64,000 nt of DNA, from the NCBI RefSeq assembly GCF_009914755.1, contig NC_060938.1; one strand, 5' to 3'. Shown in pieces: positions 1 to 13,720 of the stretch. Numbering within the stretch: the first letter of the stretch is position 1; each line of letters opens with the position of its first letter. This stretch comes from the human T2T-CHM13v2.0 reference genome, Homo sapiens. The notes below the pieces were generated by a model. It was not told the DNA's origin. It did not search any database and saw nothing but the letters and a program-made list of their open reading frames with translations. Position numbers and translations under genes: made by a program.

Positions 1-916
1 TTTGTTTTTTTCTGCTTTCAGTTTCTCTAGGCTCTTTATTTTATGTAGGTTAAACATCTCTCCTTGGTTAATGTGAAGAATGGAAAGTTTATATATGCCC
101 CTTAGGGGACAAACTCCATTTATGTGCTGTGGGTAAAGCTAATTCTATGACTTCTGTCTAGTTGTGTCTTATTTGTACCAAACAAAGGTATAGCTTTATG
201 CTGGCCTGAGGGCCTCTAATAAGCATCATGTTGATGGTCCAATCATTCTAATCCACACCTCACATTTCCATAACCATTACATAACCATAACCATGGTTAC
301 ATTCCATAACCATAACACTTACATCTCTGTCTCACATCTCAGACTCCTGAGGAATAGTTTTGAATGTTGGTCTTTTTTTTTGGGAGCTGAGAAATAGAAA
401 TAGTCTTAGAAAATAAAATGTATAATTTTAGGCCTGGAAAACATTGTTTATTACAGAATAAAATGTGGACACTTCAAGCCTTTGAAGAAATTATGATAAA
501 AATAAAAGGACTCCTACTTTTCCTGTATGTGTGACCTGTTCTACAATAGCCATGGAACTGACTTGGGTCCAAGTGGGACACAGTGGACCCTGCAAGCTTC
601 TCAGATGCTCCACCCTCATCTGTGCTCTAGTCTGTCAATTCATTTTGGGAAGTGCAAAAATTTACTCATCTATTCTTTCAACCAGCCTGAAGAACTACTG
701 CCCAAACATTTCTATAACACTCCCTCTATATCAATTTCCAGATTAGCAAACTCTGCCGATGGTTTGTTTTGATCAAATGCATCACTGTAGAAGACTGCAT
801 TTGACAGAGAAAAGTGTGACTTATAAATTTCTGAAAGTTGTCATCTTTTCTGTTGATGGTATTTATTCACAAATGCAAATGTTGGAAAAACCAATTCTTG
901 GGATTTGTCTTTACAG

Positions 917-960
917 TCTATCTCTTATCTATCTATCTATCTATCTACCTATCTACCTAT
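917..960. repeat. (TCTA)n/(CCTA)n tetranucleotide microsatellite
   Basis: Direct reading: tctatctatctatctatctacctatctacctat. Confidence 0.9.
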
Positions 961-980
961 CAATTTATTTATCTAAATTT

Positions 981-1653
981 ATTTTTTATTATACTTTAAG
1001 TTCTGGGATACATGTGCAGAATGTGCAGTTTTGTTACATAGGTATACACATGCCATGGTAGTTTGCTGCACCCATCAACCCGTCATCTACGTTAGGTATT
1101 TGTCCTAATGCTATCCCTCCCGTAGCCCCCAACCCCCGCAAAAGGCCCCGGTGTGTGATGTTCCCCTCACTGTCTTCATGTGTCTCATTGTTCAAGTTCC
1201 ACTTATGAGTGAGAACACGCAGTGTTTGGTTTTCTGTTCCTGTGTTAGTTTGCTGAGAAAAAGGCCTTCAGTAAAATTCAACACCCCTTCATGCTAAAAA
1301 CTCTCAATAAACTAGGTATTGATGGAACGTATCTAAAAATAATAAGAGCTATTTATGACAAACCCACAGCCAATATCATACTGAATGGGCAAAAACTGGA
1401 AGCATTCCCTTTGAAAATCAGTACAAGATAAAGATGCCCTCTCTTACCACTCCTATTCAACATAGTATTGGAAGTTCTGGCCAGGACAATCAGGCAAGAG
1501 AAAGGAATGAAGGGTATTCAAATGGGAAGAGAGGAAGTCAAATTGTCTCTGTTTGCAGATGACATTATTCTATATTTAGAAAGCCCTATCATCTCAGCCC
1601 AAAATCTCCTTAAGCTGATAAGCAACTTCAGCAAATTCTCAGTATACAAAACC
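981..1653 (-). mobile_element. 5'-inverted (twin-primed) L1PA insertion, L1PA7-like: 3' UTR on minus (981-1258) joined to an inverted ORF2 RT fragment on plus (1259-1653)
   Basis: L1PA 3' end (ttattatactttaagttctgggatacatgtgcagaa...) on minus. ORF 1468-1725 reads ...[19 protein letters not shown], the L1 RT FADD motif. A 15-bp TSD TATTTATCTAAATTT lies at 966-980 and 1654-1668. Confidence 0.93.
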
Positions 1654-1749
1654 TATTTATCTAAATTTCTAAAGAAACTCCATCCCCTCAGTCTTTGCTT
1701 TGTTCACATAACATGTACATATTAGAAATCTCTCTAAGTCAATTTCAAT

Positions 1750-4700
1750 AGATCGAATTTGTTCTCTTGATGGGTGCATTCGATGGTGTGACTGGGCCTA
1801 ATATTTATAACCATTAGCCTACTAATGAACATTACTATTGTTTCAAGGATTGATGGTACAAACATGATGTTGATAAACATCCTTATATGCAAATCCTTAC
1901 ATTTTGTTGATTTTTATTTTTCTTGGGTCTAAATTGATTCATTGATGGGTATATTATTTTATTTATTATGTACATACTAAAATAAATACTGACAGATTAC
2001 ATTTCAAGAAGTTTGTAACAATTTATATTTTCACTAGCCAGCAATATATTTTGTTATTTTTTTTAATTTCAGTCAAACTGATAGGTGTAAATGAATATAG
2101 TGTGATTACTCTAAGTTGCATTTCTCTGATTTGGGGAAGGGAAGGCATGTTCAGCAAAAGTTTTATATCTTTGCTTATTAGCATTTAAAATCTTGTACAC
2201 AACATCCTCTTGTTTCTCCTCAATGTAGATTTATCTTATCCATATAGATACTTTTTTGTTCTTTGTATTTCTTAAATTACAAAAAAGCATTTAACATGCA
2301 GTATGCTATATATAATTTTCTATAACTTTTTTCTTTAATATTTTAATAAAAATTTAATAAAGTATAGCCTATGAATGTAAATTCATTTGTTTTTTATTGT
2401 TGTAAAACATTTCACTGTAGTCATATATCAGACTTTAAAAAAGATGCCTCTAATATTTACTCTTTTAAGATAACCTTTGGTTTAGGTTTTCCATGCATAC
2501 CCTTAATAGAAAAGAAAGTTTAATTCTAGTTGTAAATCAATATGTAAATGTTAATATTAATTTATTTAGAATTTTATCAGTTCTTCAAGTATTAAATAAT
2601 GTATTTTTAATCTAAGAATTTACATATTATATATTTATGGATTATTTTATCATTAAACCATTTGTAGTCCCCTTTGTTAAATCTCCTTTGGTTAAAACAT
2701 AATTTGGTTGCATAAGCATTGTATTTATATTTTTAAAATATTTGTTATGAATTTTCATCATTTAATTAATGAAATGGAACTATGATTTTCCTTTCATGCA
2801 GTATCTTTGACTATTTTTGTTATACAGATTATGTTGATCTTATCAAATGAGTTGGAAAATTGTATTTTTCAAAGTTCAATGAGAAAAACAGATATTTAAC
2901 TATTTTAAGCAGAGAGATATTTAACTTAGAAACTTGGTCTCAAAAGATTGGTAAAACTGGAGTAACAAAAACTGAAGGGTGACACTGGGAAATATTTAAA
3001 AGTAAGAATTTGAAATTAATTAGCCATCATCACAAAGCTTCTGTCATCTGTGAGCTTAGGCCTTCAAACACAAACACATTTAATGTTCATAATACTGGAG
3101 TAGTTAAGATTGCTATTGACAGCCGTTATCTTCATTTCCCAAGAGTAATTCAGGAACCCACATACCTGCTACAGCTGCTAAAATAATTACAGATACTTCT
3201 GGCAACAAACAGTTGCCCACAGTTTATTTGGGAGCCCACAGTTACATACGTCTGTTGCCATGGAAGGTGTTTTCAAAAGCATTCTGATATCCAGGAGTGT
3301 CTCCCATTGGCAGAACCTAAGCACATCGTTGGCAACAAGGAAGCTTGAGAAATGTAGCTTGCAGTTATCCAGCCCCAGTGACTGAGAACTAAAATAAAGC
3401 TGACTAGCAAGCAATCAAGTAACTGGCACTGAGTGTATTTCCTCTGTTTCTGTTCTCTGAAATAGTTTTTATAGGTTTGGAAGGATCTGTTCCTTGGAAA
3501 TCTTTCTTGTTCTGATGTCTTCATTGTTGAAATAATTTTAACTACTTTCATATCTTTACTAGTTTTAGGGCTCTGCTGATTTCATCTAAATTTTTTAAAT
3601 TGTTAAACTAGACCTGTGATGGTATTCTTTCCACATTTTAATGACTGCTTTTGTTCTTGCCATGTCCTTTTTTTCAATTGTAATATTTATTTGTGCCTAT
3701 TACACTTTTTTCCTTGGTCAGTATAATCAGATATGATCTATTTTCATCAGTTTTTCAAATAACTAACATTTGCCTTCATTCATTTCCTCTTCTGTGCTTT
3801 TATATTGTTTGTGTTGTCTATTTAATCTTCATGACTACATTATCTTGTTGTTGTTTAGCACATTAAAATTGTTGTATTATCTTTTCATGTTAATTCAATA
3901 TTTTATTAGAAAATAAGGTTGCTGAAATTTGTCACATGCTTATTGTAAGCATCTCTTCTTCTAACAATGGGCACTTTTTTCTTATAATGATGTGACTTGC
4001 TATGTTAATATAATCTCAGTATTAAACCATCCTTGCATTTTTGGAATAAATTTACAACTTGATTATTTTATTTATTATTTAACATATGGCTGTAGTCACT
4101 ATGCCAGGTTGTTACTTAAAATTTCTTCAAATTATCAGTGTGTTGTCTCTTTTGTTCTGCATTAGATATTCATATAAAGATCATGTTTGATGCATAAATA
4201 AAGTGTGGCAAACTTTCTGGGATTCCATTTTTTACAAAGTTTAAATAGCACCAAAATTATCTGATGGGTCTTCAGAATGTGAAATCACCATTTGTGTCTT
4301 TTTCGATGTTAGCAATTCGATTGCTTTTTTTATAGTTTTCATTATAGTTAATGTATTCAATATACTCATATTCTTGAGCTTGTTCTATTAATTTCTATTT
4401 ACCTCAAATATTAACTGCTTCAATAACATAAGTTTTCAAATATATTTTCATAGAGTCACATATAAATTCTCATGTCATAAAAGTCTTCTATATCTGTGAT
4501 TATGTATCATTTCCCTTCCATAATTTTTAAAAATTATTTTTTACATCATTTTATTGTTAATTACAAAAAGTGAATTATTTTATCAATATTTTGAAATAAC
4601 TGCATTTTAGACTTATTTAATATTGCTACCATTTTTCATGTTTTAAGATTTTTATGTTATTTCCTTTTATTCTTTTTGTTCTATTACCAATATCGGTCAC

Positions 4701-5200
4701 CTTAATTTCCTTTTATTATATTTATTTTCTTAAGATAAAAATTAATATTCTTTATCTTAAAACTCCCTTTTTCAATAGTGATGGCAATTAAGGCTATACA
4801 ATTTTCTTTAATTACAGCCTTTACTACGTTCCATCGGTTATTTGAGAAGAGTATTCTTTCCATTAATTTTTAATAGTTGTTAATGTAAATTTAAATTCTC
4901 TTTTAATCCAGTGATTTTATAGCTACATCTTACTTAGTTTTGAAGTAGTTAGGAGTTTCAGCAAACTTTTCTCATTTTATTGTTATTTATTTGGAAGAAG
5001 TTATTGTAAAATTTCTGCGTTAAATTATTTTATTTTCTGTTTAGTCTGTTAAGATTTTCTTTCTGAGTAAATTCTAACTTTTTAAAATAAGTTTCTGGAT
5101 AATGTTATGCAGTTTCTTCTACTTCTTGCCATTTTTTTCTCAGTAAATAATATGAAATTACTAGTTTTATATTTTTATCAATTTCATTACTTATTTCTCA
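1750..5200 (-). mobile_element. Highly decayed ancient L1M fragments, interrupted at about 2880-3420
   Basis: T-rich runs with L1M-like phrases (aaaccatccttgcatttttggaataaat, ggctatacaattttctttaattacagc). Boundaries approximate. Confidence 0.55.
2890..3420 (-). mobile_element. Old MLT1-type MaLR LTR remnant
   Basis: MLT1-like phrases ctcccattggcagaacctaa and gagaaatgtagcttgcag. Degenerate. Confidence 0.45.
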
Positions 5201-5232
5201 TAGTTTTGCTTCAGATAGTAAGCTGGTATTTT

Positions 5233-5367
5233 AACTATTTGGTACTAGGCTTAGTACCTGGGTGAAAAAATAATCTGCATAACAAATGCTCATGGCATGA
5301 GTTTATCTATGTAAGAAGCCAAAACATGTATGCCTGAACCTAAACTCAAAGTTAAAAAAAAAAAAAG
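5233..5367 (+). mobile_element. Very short 5'-truncated L1PA (older, PA13-16-like) 3' end with poly(A)
   Basis: ggtactaggcttagtacctgggtg...cctgaacctaaa followed by an A-tail. TSD AAGCTGGTATTTT (5220-5232) / AAGCTAGTATTTT (5368-5380). Confidence 0.85.
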
Positions 5368-6713
5368 AAGCTAGTATTTTGTTCAATGAGGACAAATTTA
5401 TTGTTTTATTTTTATCCTAAAATGTGCCTTATATAATTATACAATGCTGTCATTTATCCTATTTAGCACTTTAAATTTAAATCTGACCTTATCTGGTATT
5501 AAGAGATAATTGGTTAGGGTGGGATGTATGTAGGACTGCCAACCACTGGCTGACCTTTCCAGAATAACTCGCATGGTTATCATTTTATATGACAAATCAT
5601 TAAGATTGTGGCTTTAGGGTATGGAGCTTATAAGATGCTCAGAGATCTTTAATAGTTATTGCCAAAGCCATGTCTTAGTCACATTTCCTCTATTTCTCAC
5701 CATTTATTTTCATCCAGCACATTTAAGTTCAAAGTCAATTGTATCTATTTTTTAGTTTGATAATTAGTAGATGCAAAATATATATGACATGGTCAGTGAA
5801 AATATTCACCTGAGGCCAGAGATCTATTTGGAAAATGACTAGGTATTAATAAATGGAAACCCACTCTTGGAATACTAAGCCCTTTCTCTTCCTAAAAATA
5901 AATGTAAATATTTCTGTTTATATTTAAATCAGCACATATTAAAATGAATATTATGAGGTAGAGTAACCAGAACATTCTGAGTTGCACAAATCATATTTTC
6001 TATGTCATGCCAAGTATATTAATTCAAAATCTAACAAAAGAATTTTTTCCTCTAGCACCTCAGTGATAAGCTAATCTATTTAAAAAGGCAACATCTGCTA
6101 GAGCTGTAAAACAAATGAAAAATTAATTAAGTATTTGAAGGTCTTTTTTGAGACAATGGAGTTTACTCGTGTCTTAAATCCTCTTACAGCTTAAACTGTG
6201 TGTTCACTCTGGAAAAGACCTTTCCTTGTTTCCTGATCATTGTGTTTTCAGATCATTTTCTTCTTCTTGGCTGGCCTGGGAGTTTTGGATGGAGGAGCTG
6301 CAATGTCCTTCATTAAGTAATAAATGCTTCCTCAGCATCAAAAAAGCCAGTTAATAACTTTTTGATTCTTAAATCCTGCATTACTAAAATAGCTTGTGAA
6401 AAATACTTTTTTTTTACATTCAGTAAGTGTTTATATCTGTCTTGTACCTTACTTATGTCCACTTTTTAAACCTTTTTTGTCTTTCTCTTGGTTTACTTAA
6501 TTATAATGTATTCTAAGTCAAGATACTTCCGAATGCAAAAGCACTTTTTTCAAAACATGTGTACTAAAATTTTTAAGCATCAGATAATATGAAAGTTTCA
6601 GTATTACATAAATAAAAATACAGTTTCTACCCCCTAGGAAGTTTGCACAAAAAAAATTTAATATAAAAGTAATGTATTGAACAGTGTGATGGAGTTTTGT
6701 ACAGTATGTGGAG

Positions 6714-7072
6714 TGTACCAGTCTGTTTTCATGCTGCTGATAAAGACAGACTCAAGACTGAGTAATTTATAAAGAAAAAGAGGTTTAATGGACTCACAGT
6801 TCCACATGGCTAGGAAGGCCTCACAATCATGGTGAAAGATGAAAGGCACATCTTACATGGCAGCAGACGAGAGAGAAATAAGAGAGCCAAGCAAAAGGGG
6901 TTTTCCCTTATGAAACCATCAGATCTCATGAGACTTATTCACTACAATGACAACAGTATGGGGGAACTGCCCCCGTGATTCAATTATCTCCCACCAGGTC
7001 CCTCGCATACATGTGGGAATTATGGGAGCTACAATTCGTGATGAGATTTGGGTGGGGACACAGCCAAACCCA
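6714..7072 (-). mobile_element. THE1 (THE1B/C-like) MaLR solo LTR
   Basis: Ends gagatttgggtggggacacagccaaacc. 5-bp TSD TGGAG at 6709-6713 and 7073-7077. Confidence 0.93.
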
Positions 7073-7419
7073 TGGAGGCTTTTCTTCTTGAGGGTCATTT
7101 AACTCATTTGTGGAATATAAGGAAGGTTTCTAGGAGGAAAAGTCTCCTGATATCTGTTTAAATGATAAGCAGAAATTATTTATTATGGGTAGGAGGTATT
7201 CCACAGAGTAAAAGAGCCTGCACAAATATGTGTGTTGTAAGTGGTATAACACAATTTGAATATCAAATTATTTTACATAGTTATACATAAAGTTACTGTA
7301 ATATAGTGATGGCAAGAAGAAGAAAAATGGAGAAGGGGCAGGAGAGGGAAGATAAAGTGAGAACAGTGGTAATTAACTACTCTGATATTTTTGGTCTATT
7401 TGTTCTAATATTTTACATA

Positions 7420-7822
7420 TGTATTAGTTTGCTAGAACTGTTGTAAAAAAATTACATTTACTTGGTTGCTTAAATAACATAAATGTATTGCCTTATAATT
7501 CTGGAACCCAGAAGTCTAAGATCAAGATGTGGGCAAAGTTGGTTTCTTCAGAGCTTGAGGAAAAGACCTGTTCCTGGCCTCTCAGGCTTGTAGATAGCTG
7601 CCTTTACCCTGTGTTTAAAATCATTTTCCTTCTGCTCATATCTCTGTGTCCAAGTCATCCCTTTTTATAAGGACACCAGTCCTATTGGATTAAGACCCAC
7701 CCTAATGACCTCACTCTAACATGATTGCCTTGTAAAGATCATATATCCAAATCAGGTTACATCCTGAGGTAATTAGGACTTCTACTTACAAATTTGGAGG
7801 AGACAGAGTTCAGCCCAGGACA
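7420..7822 (-). mobile_element. MLT1B/C-like MaLR solo LTR
   Basis: tgtattagtttgctag...gaagtctaagatcaagatgtgggc...ataaggacaccagtcctattggattaag...cagcccaggaca. Confidence 0.8.
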
Positions 7823-8633
7823 ATTTAACTGAGGTCAAACTACATTTCATCACCCTGTGCTTTTATGGAACACTCTCATGAGAACTTTATTTTTTTTTGT
7901 ATTTTAACAGATCTCCAAATGAAGAGATCAAAATATGTTTTTAATAAAAAATTTATGATGAATTAAGTGAAACAAGTTTTAGAATAATATGATGCCAATC
8001 AAAAAAGCTTATAAATATATTTTTGTGTACATATGCTTGTGTGTATATATGCAACTCCTCTTTTTAAGTGCCTTTGTGTATGTGTGCATGTGTTTATAGA
8101 ACTAGGGTAAAACAGGATTGGGTAAAGAGCCTATGTACGAACATGTGTGTGATTCTGGCACTGGATGGCTTAGAGGGCAATTCCCACAAATTTGGAAGAA
8201 GCAATTGTATTTTTCTCATGAGTTTATTCCCCACCTCCAATCAGATAACAACATGGGATGGAGCGGGGATAGAGAATAAAGCAAGGGTCTTTCTCCTCCC
8301 TTCTCTGGGATTGCCTGTTATTTTGCTTTGGAAGCTGAAGGATGACCTATGCAAGAGTTTGTCCTTAGTCCACCTTCAATATACTCATAAAATTAATTAC
8401 AGAAATTTATACCTGGTGTTAGACGTGGGTTTTTACTAAAGTTTAATTTACAAACCTTTTTATCACTTTTGGTTTATTTTATATTTTAATGGGGATATTT
8501 CAGCTTTCTTTAGGGTATGCTACAATGAAGAACAACCCCCAAATTTCAGTGACTTACAATATAAAGATTTATGTCTTACCATTGTTACATAGTTTCATGT
8601 TCCTGTGACTCGGATTCATACTGTTTTCATTTA

Positions 8634-9334
<701 letters not shown>

Positions 9335-9448
9335 AAAGAGCCAGGCTGAAGGAGCAGTCCACATCTGGACATGTCATTCTTGTGGAAGAAGGAAGAGATA
9401 AAGGGGAAAAAAACGTGAAAGAAGGTGGAGGGAAGGAGAGGGAGAGGC

Positions 9449-9467
9449 GGGGGGGGGGGGGGGGGGG

Positions 9468-9500
<33 letters not shown>
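9449..9500 (+). repeat. G22 homopolymer followed by (AG)15
   Basis: Direct reading. Confidence 0.95.
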
Positions 9501-9501
<1 letters not shown>

Positions 9502-9941
9502 AGACAATTGTGATGCTCGTAAAGGTCTTCTCAGGCATATTTCCCATCAATTCCACTTATATTGTACAGACCAAAGCAAGCTGATGGCCAAGTCTGATGT
9601 CTGTAGTTGGGAAATATGATCATCTAACAGGAAGATGCTATAATTCAAATGGTGCCAGGTGAGGGTATATTAATTATCCTCTCACAGGGATGGCAGAAAG
9701 TAAATGAAAATAATAATAATAATACAATCTCCCATAGTTCCACCTTTTTTGTCACAAAGATTCCTTCCCTCTTGGATGCAAAAGACATTCATTTGTTCTT
9801 GAAGGAAGATATCTCAAAGACCTCATCCAATTGTGACATTAGGCTCAAAGTTCAGACTCTAGTGGAAGTTCCTACATCAAATGTAGATAAGGCTTCTGTT
9901 CATGCTGGGATTGAAGAGCCATAAAGCTAAACTGTCTCTTC

Positions 9942-10304
9942 TGATACAGTTTATCTGTGTGTTCCCACCCAAATCTCATCATGATTTATAATCCCCAGGT
10001 GTTAAGAGAGAAACCTGATGGGAGGTTGTTGGATCATGGGGGCGGTTTCCCCCATGCTGTTCTCATGATAGTGAGTGAGTTCTTGGGAAATCTGATGGTT
10101 TTATAAGCATCTGGCATTTCCCCTGCTTCCACTTCTCTCTCCTGCCACCACATGAAGAAGGTCCTTGTTCCCACTTTGCCTTCCACCATGATTGTAAGTT
10201 TCCTGAGGCCTCCCAGCCATGTGGAACTGAGTCAAACCTCTTTCCTTTATAAATTACCCAATCTCAGGTATTTATTTATAGTAGTGTGAGAACAGACTAA
10301 TACA
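9942..10304 (+). mobile_element. MST/THE1D-like MaLR solo LTR
   Basis: tgata...cccacccaaatctcatc...aacagactaataca. TSD TCTTC at 9937-9941 and 10305-10309. Confidence 0.92.
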
Positions 10305-10920
10305 TCTTCCTTTTACCACAAAAACCCACAACTTAGAACGGTGGATGAAAGTGAGAATAAATTAGCATTTTTATGTACTAAGGTAGATCATGGGAGGCAT
10401 ACAGTTGGGTCCTGGTCCAAAGCAATTCTGAAATCCTGCTGTGCACATGTTTGAAGGCCTTTCAGTACTGGGAATAGGAAGTATTCCTTGGTTAGGTTCT
10501 GATTCTTTGTCCTAAAACAGCTCCTTAGCCTATTCCACTCCATGGTTCTTATGTCAGAGGCAAAGGAGAAATGCCAAGACAGCGAGATGGCTCTTAAAGT
10601 TGCTGCATATATAACTTTGTGCTCATTGAATTGGCTTACGCATGTTACATGGACAGTGCTGACATTACTGGGACAAGGAAGAGTGCTTTTCCCACAGAAA
10701 AGTTCTGAAAGTTATACAGCAGTACTTTGAGTGTAAGATCCTTGGAAGGGTGGTAAATAAAATCATTGCAAACAATAATAAAATTTACACCAGTGAATTT
10801 TTTTAATACAGAGCTGGGAACAATATGGCCTTTTGCTCAATGAAACAAAAATCTTAAATTGATGATTTCTAAACCACAAAATAGAATAATAACCTATGAG
10901 ATAGAAAAATAGACAAATCT

Positions 10921-11161
10921 GGCCGGGCGCGGTGGCTCACGCCTGTTATCCCAGCACTTTGGGAGGCCGAGGCAGGCGGATTACCTGAGGTCAGGAGTTC
11001 GGGACCAGCCTGCCCAAAATGGTGAGACCCTGTCTCTACTAAAAATACAAAAATTAGCCCAAGAAAATACAAAAAGTAAGCCAAGATCACGCCACTGCAC
11101 TCAAGCCTGGCCGACAGAGCAAGACTCTGTCTCAAAAAATAAAAATAAAAGAAAGAAAAAT
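10921..11161 (+). mobile_element. AluS with an internal deletion in the right monomer
   Basis: ggccgggcgcggtggctcacgcctg... 16-bp TSD AAAAATAGACAAATCT at 10905-10920 and 11162-11177. Confidence 0.95.
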
Positions 11162-12242
11162 AAAAATAGACAAATCTTTTTTATTTCTAAGCAGTTAATA
11201 CTATACTTTGGCTTTTTTTCCTTCACATGGACCAAAAGTGTTAGTTAAAAGTTTCTATTAGAAAGAATGTCCACTAAGAAGTAAGCTTGATCTATTTCGT
11301 TTTTACGGCTGATGTCATTTTGCTATTGTAAGTTGGACCGTGTTAAGTGAAAATCGATGCAACTAGATTTTATATGGTTTAAATAGTAGCTAACAAAAAA
11401 TATTTTAAGAAAAAATTGATGAGGTGTTTTCAAACACTGCAGGTCTTCCTGTCTTGCACAAGGGTCAGCTCCTAATAAGAAGTTATTTTATTAATTGTGC
11501 CCCCAGAAGATTACAGTTATTTCTCCCCATATCCAACTTTTATTTCCAAAATCTAAGAAGGAAAAAAGGGAGGTTTCTGTGTCTGTGTCTTCAAAACCTA
11601 TTGCCCTGCACTCAATTTTATTTTATTGTTATTCTGAAGGATAGAGCTGGGTCGATAAAAAACTTGAGAAAACTGAATTTCCTAGAAGGCTCTCTTGCAA
11701 GGACACAGAGCTGTGCTGACTCACAGTATACTAGTTTTAAAACTATAGAGACTGCTGTTGGTCAGCAATAAAACTCAGAGGAAGTTGGGGTCAGAAGAAA
11801 AGAAACAGAAGAGAAGCTCTATTATCTAATAGTAATAAAACATAATTTCTCAAAATATAGCATTGGTATAAGACATTGGATAAAGTCTGTCATGTTCTGA
11901 ATAGAAATAAATAGGCTTTTTACCCTAGTTTTCTAAACCTTAAAGAGATGTCTGTATGCAGTAGAAATACTACCAAATACACAAATACTTTCTGATATTA
12001 ATTCCATTTTAGAGAAATGAACCATTCTTAAAATTTCATGATGGGGACTTTTGAAAGAAGCATGGAAGAGTGACAGAATGCCTTACTTATGAACGTAAAT
12101 CTAACAGTTCATTAGCAAAATAGAATAAATACCTGCGTTCTTAGATTCACTTAGTGTGAAGCTACTCAGAGAACAGATAAAACCAAAGACATATTTGATG
12201 GTGCAAACATCCCAATTGATGCTTGCCTTGTGCTGTCCACGT

Positions 12243-12845
12243 TTAAAAAATTTATTAAAGTGAAATATAATTCACATACCACAAAATTCTTCCATTTTTG
12301 CGGTTTCTAGTATATTCATGAAATTGTGCAATCATCACCACAGTCTAATTTTAGAATGTTTTCATTGCCTCCAAAAACACACTGTACCCTCTCGGGAGGT
12401 GGCCAGTCATTCCCTTCACCCTCAGCCCTAGTCAACCACTACGCTTTCTATCTCTACCTGTGGACCTATTCTAAACACTTCCTATAAATGGAATTAAACA
12501 GTTTGTACTTTTTATGGTTCAGTGCTGATGTACTGAACACTGATATCAGTGTTCAGTATCAGTGTATCAGTATTTTTATTACCAAATAATAGCCCATTGA
12601 ATGGATATGCCACATTTTTTTGTCCTTTCCACAGTTCATGGGCATTTGAATTGTTTCTACATTTTGGTTATTGTGAATGTTGCTGCTGTTAATTTCTATA
12701 TATATTTTCTTGTAGATGTGTTTTTATTTCTCTTATGTGTATAGCTAGGAGCAAAACTGCTGGGTCATGTAGAAACTCTATATGTAATTCTTAGAGGTAC
12801 TGCCAAACTGTCTTCCAAAGTAGCTGTACCATTTTACATTCCAGC
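12243..12845 (-). mobile_element. L1MB-like 3' end
   Basis: tttattaaagtgaaatataattcacatacc...ttgtgcaatcatcaccaca...gtactgccaaactgtcttccaaagtagctgtaccattttacattcc. Confidence 0.8.
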
Positions 12846-13342
12846 TGTTTGCATTTTGCATTTACATTTTAAAACCTTCATTTTCATAAAACTAACTTGC
12901 AGCAGCTGTGTTGGAATAGCAATGGATTACCTACAGATGAGGGTCAAAAAGTTGTTGGTGGTACAATAAAGAGAAGGTCAAACTAAATTAGCCTGGAAGT
13001 CCCATAAGTCTCTCTTAAAAGTGTCAGTAAATCATAACACATAATATAACAATAATCATAACAATGGGCTGTATAATCATAAGCTAATGTCCAAAGAGTT
13101 CCTGGTTGTCATTAACGCTTACAAAACCCCTGGGAGTCAGTCTCTCTTAACACGTCTAATTATAGCACAAAAACGTAGGTGCTATGAGTTTGTCCCTGGT
13201 AAAGAAGAAAGGAGATTCCCAGAGCAGCTTCAACTGTGCTTAGGACAGAGAGTGGCTCAGAGTTGTTGAAAGTCCTTTATTTATCACATTTAATGGGAGA
13301 AACTCTTTTATAAAAGAATTTGACAGTATAATGATAGAAAGG

Positions 13343-13720
13343 TGATATGGTTTGGCTCTGTGTCCCCACCCAAATCACATCTCGAATTGTAATCCCCACG
13401 TGTAAAGCAAGGGACCTGGTGTGAGGTGATTAGATCATGGGGATTAGATCAGCAGATTCCCTCCCTGCTGTTCTTGTGATAGTGAGTTTGTTCTCCTGCC
13501 ATCTGATGGCTTAAAAGTGTTTGGCAGTTCCCTTCTCCTTCTCTCTCTCTCCTGCCACCATGTAAGACATATCTTATTTCCCCTTCACCTTCCATCGTGA
13601 TTGTAAGTTTCCTGAGGCCTCCCCAACCATGCAGAACTGTGAGTCAATTAAACCTCTTTTCTTTATAAATTACAGAGTCTCAGGTAGTTCTTTATAGCAG
13701 TGTGAAAACGAGCTAATACA
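13343..13720 (+). mobile_element. MST/THE1D-like MaLR solo LTR
   Basis: tgatatggtttggctctgtgtccccacccaaatc...ctaataca. TSD AAAGG/GAAGG. Confidence 0.92.

Noticed and set aside
1468-1725. RT-like ORF with FADD as a gene
   Set aside because: It is a fragment of an inverted L1 ORF2 running into flanking DNA.
7890-7950. Splice-acceptor-like site followed by AATAAA (terminal exon)
   Set aside because: Such motifs are common in AT-rich DNA, and no partner exon can be identified.
9374-9619. Poly-Pro/Gly/Glu-Arg ORFs
   Set aside because: They are translations of the G22/(AG)n tract.
10869-11135. Alu-antisense ORFs (also 8631, 21293, 33080, 37490, 47835, 60836)
   Set aside because: These are typical Alu translations ([18 protein letters not shown]), not genes.
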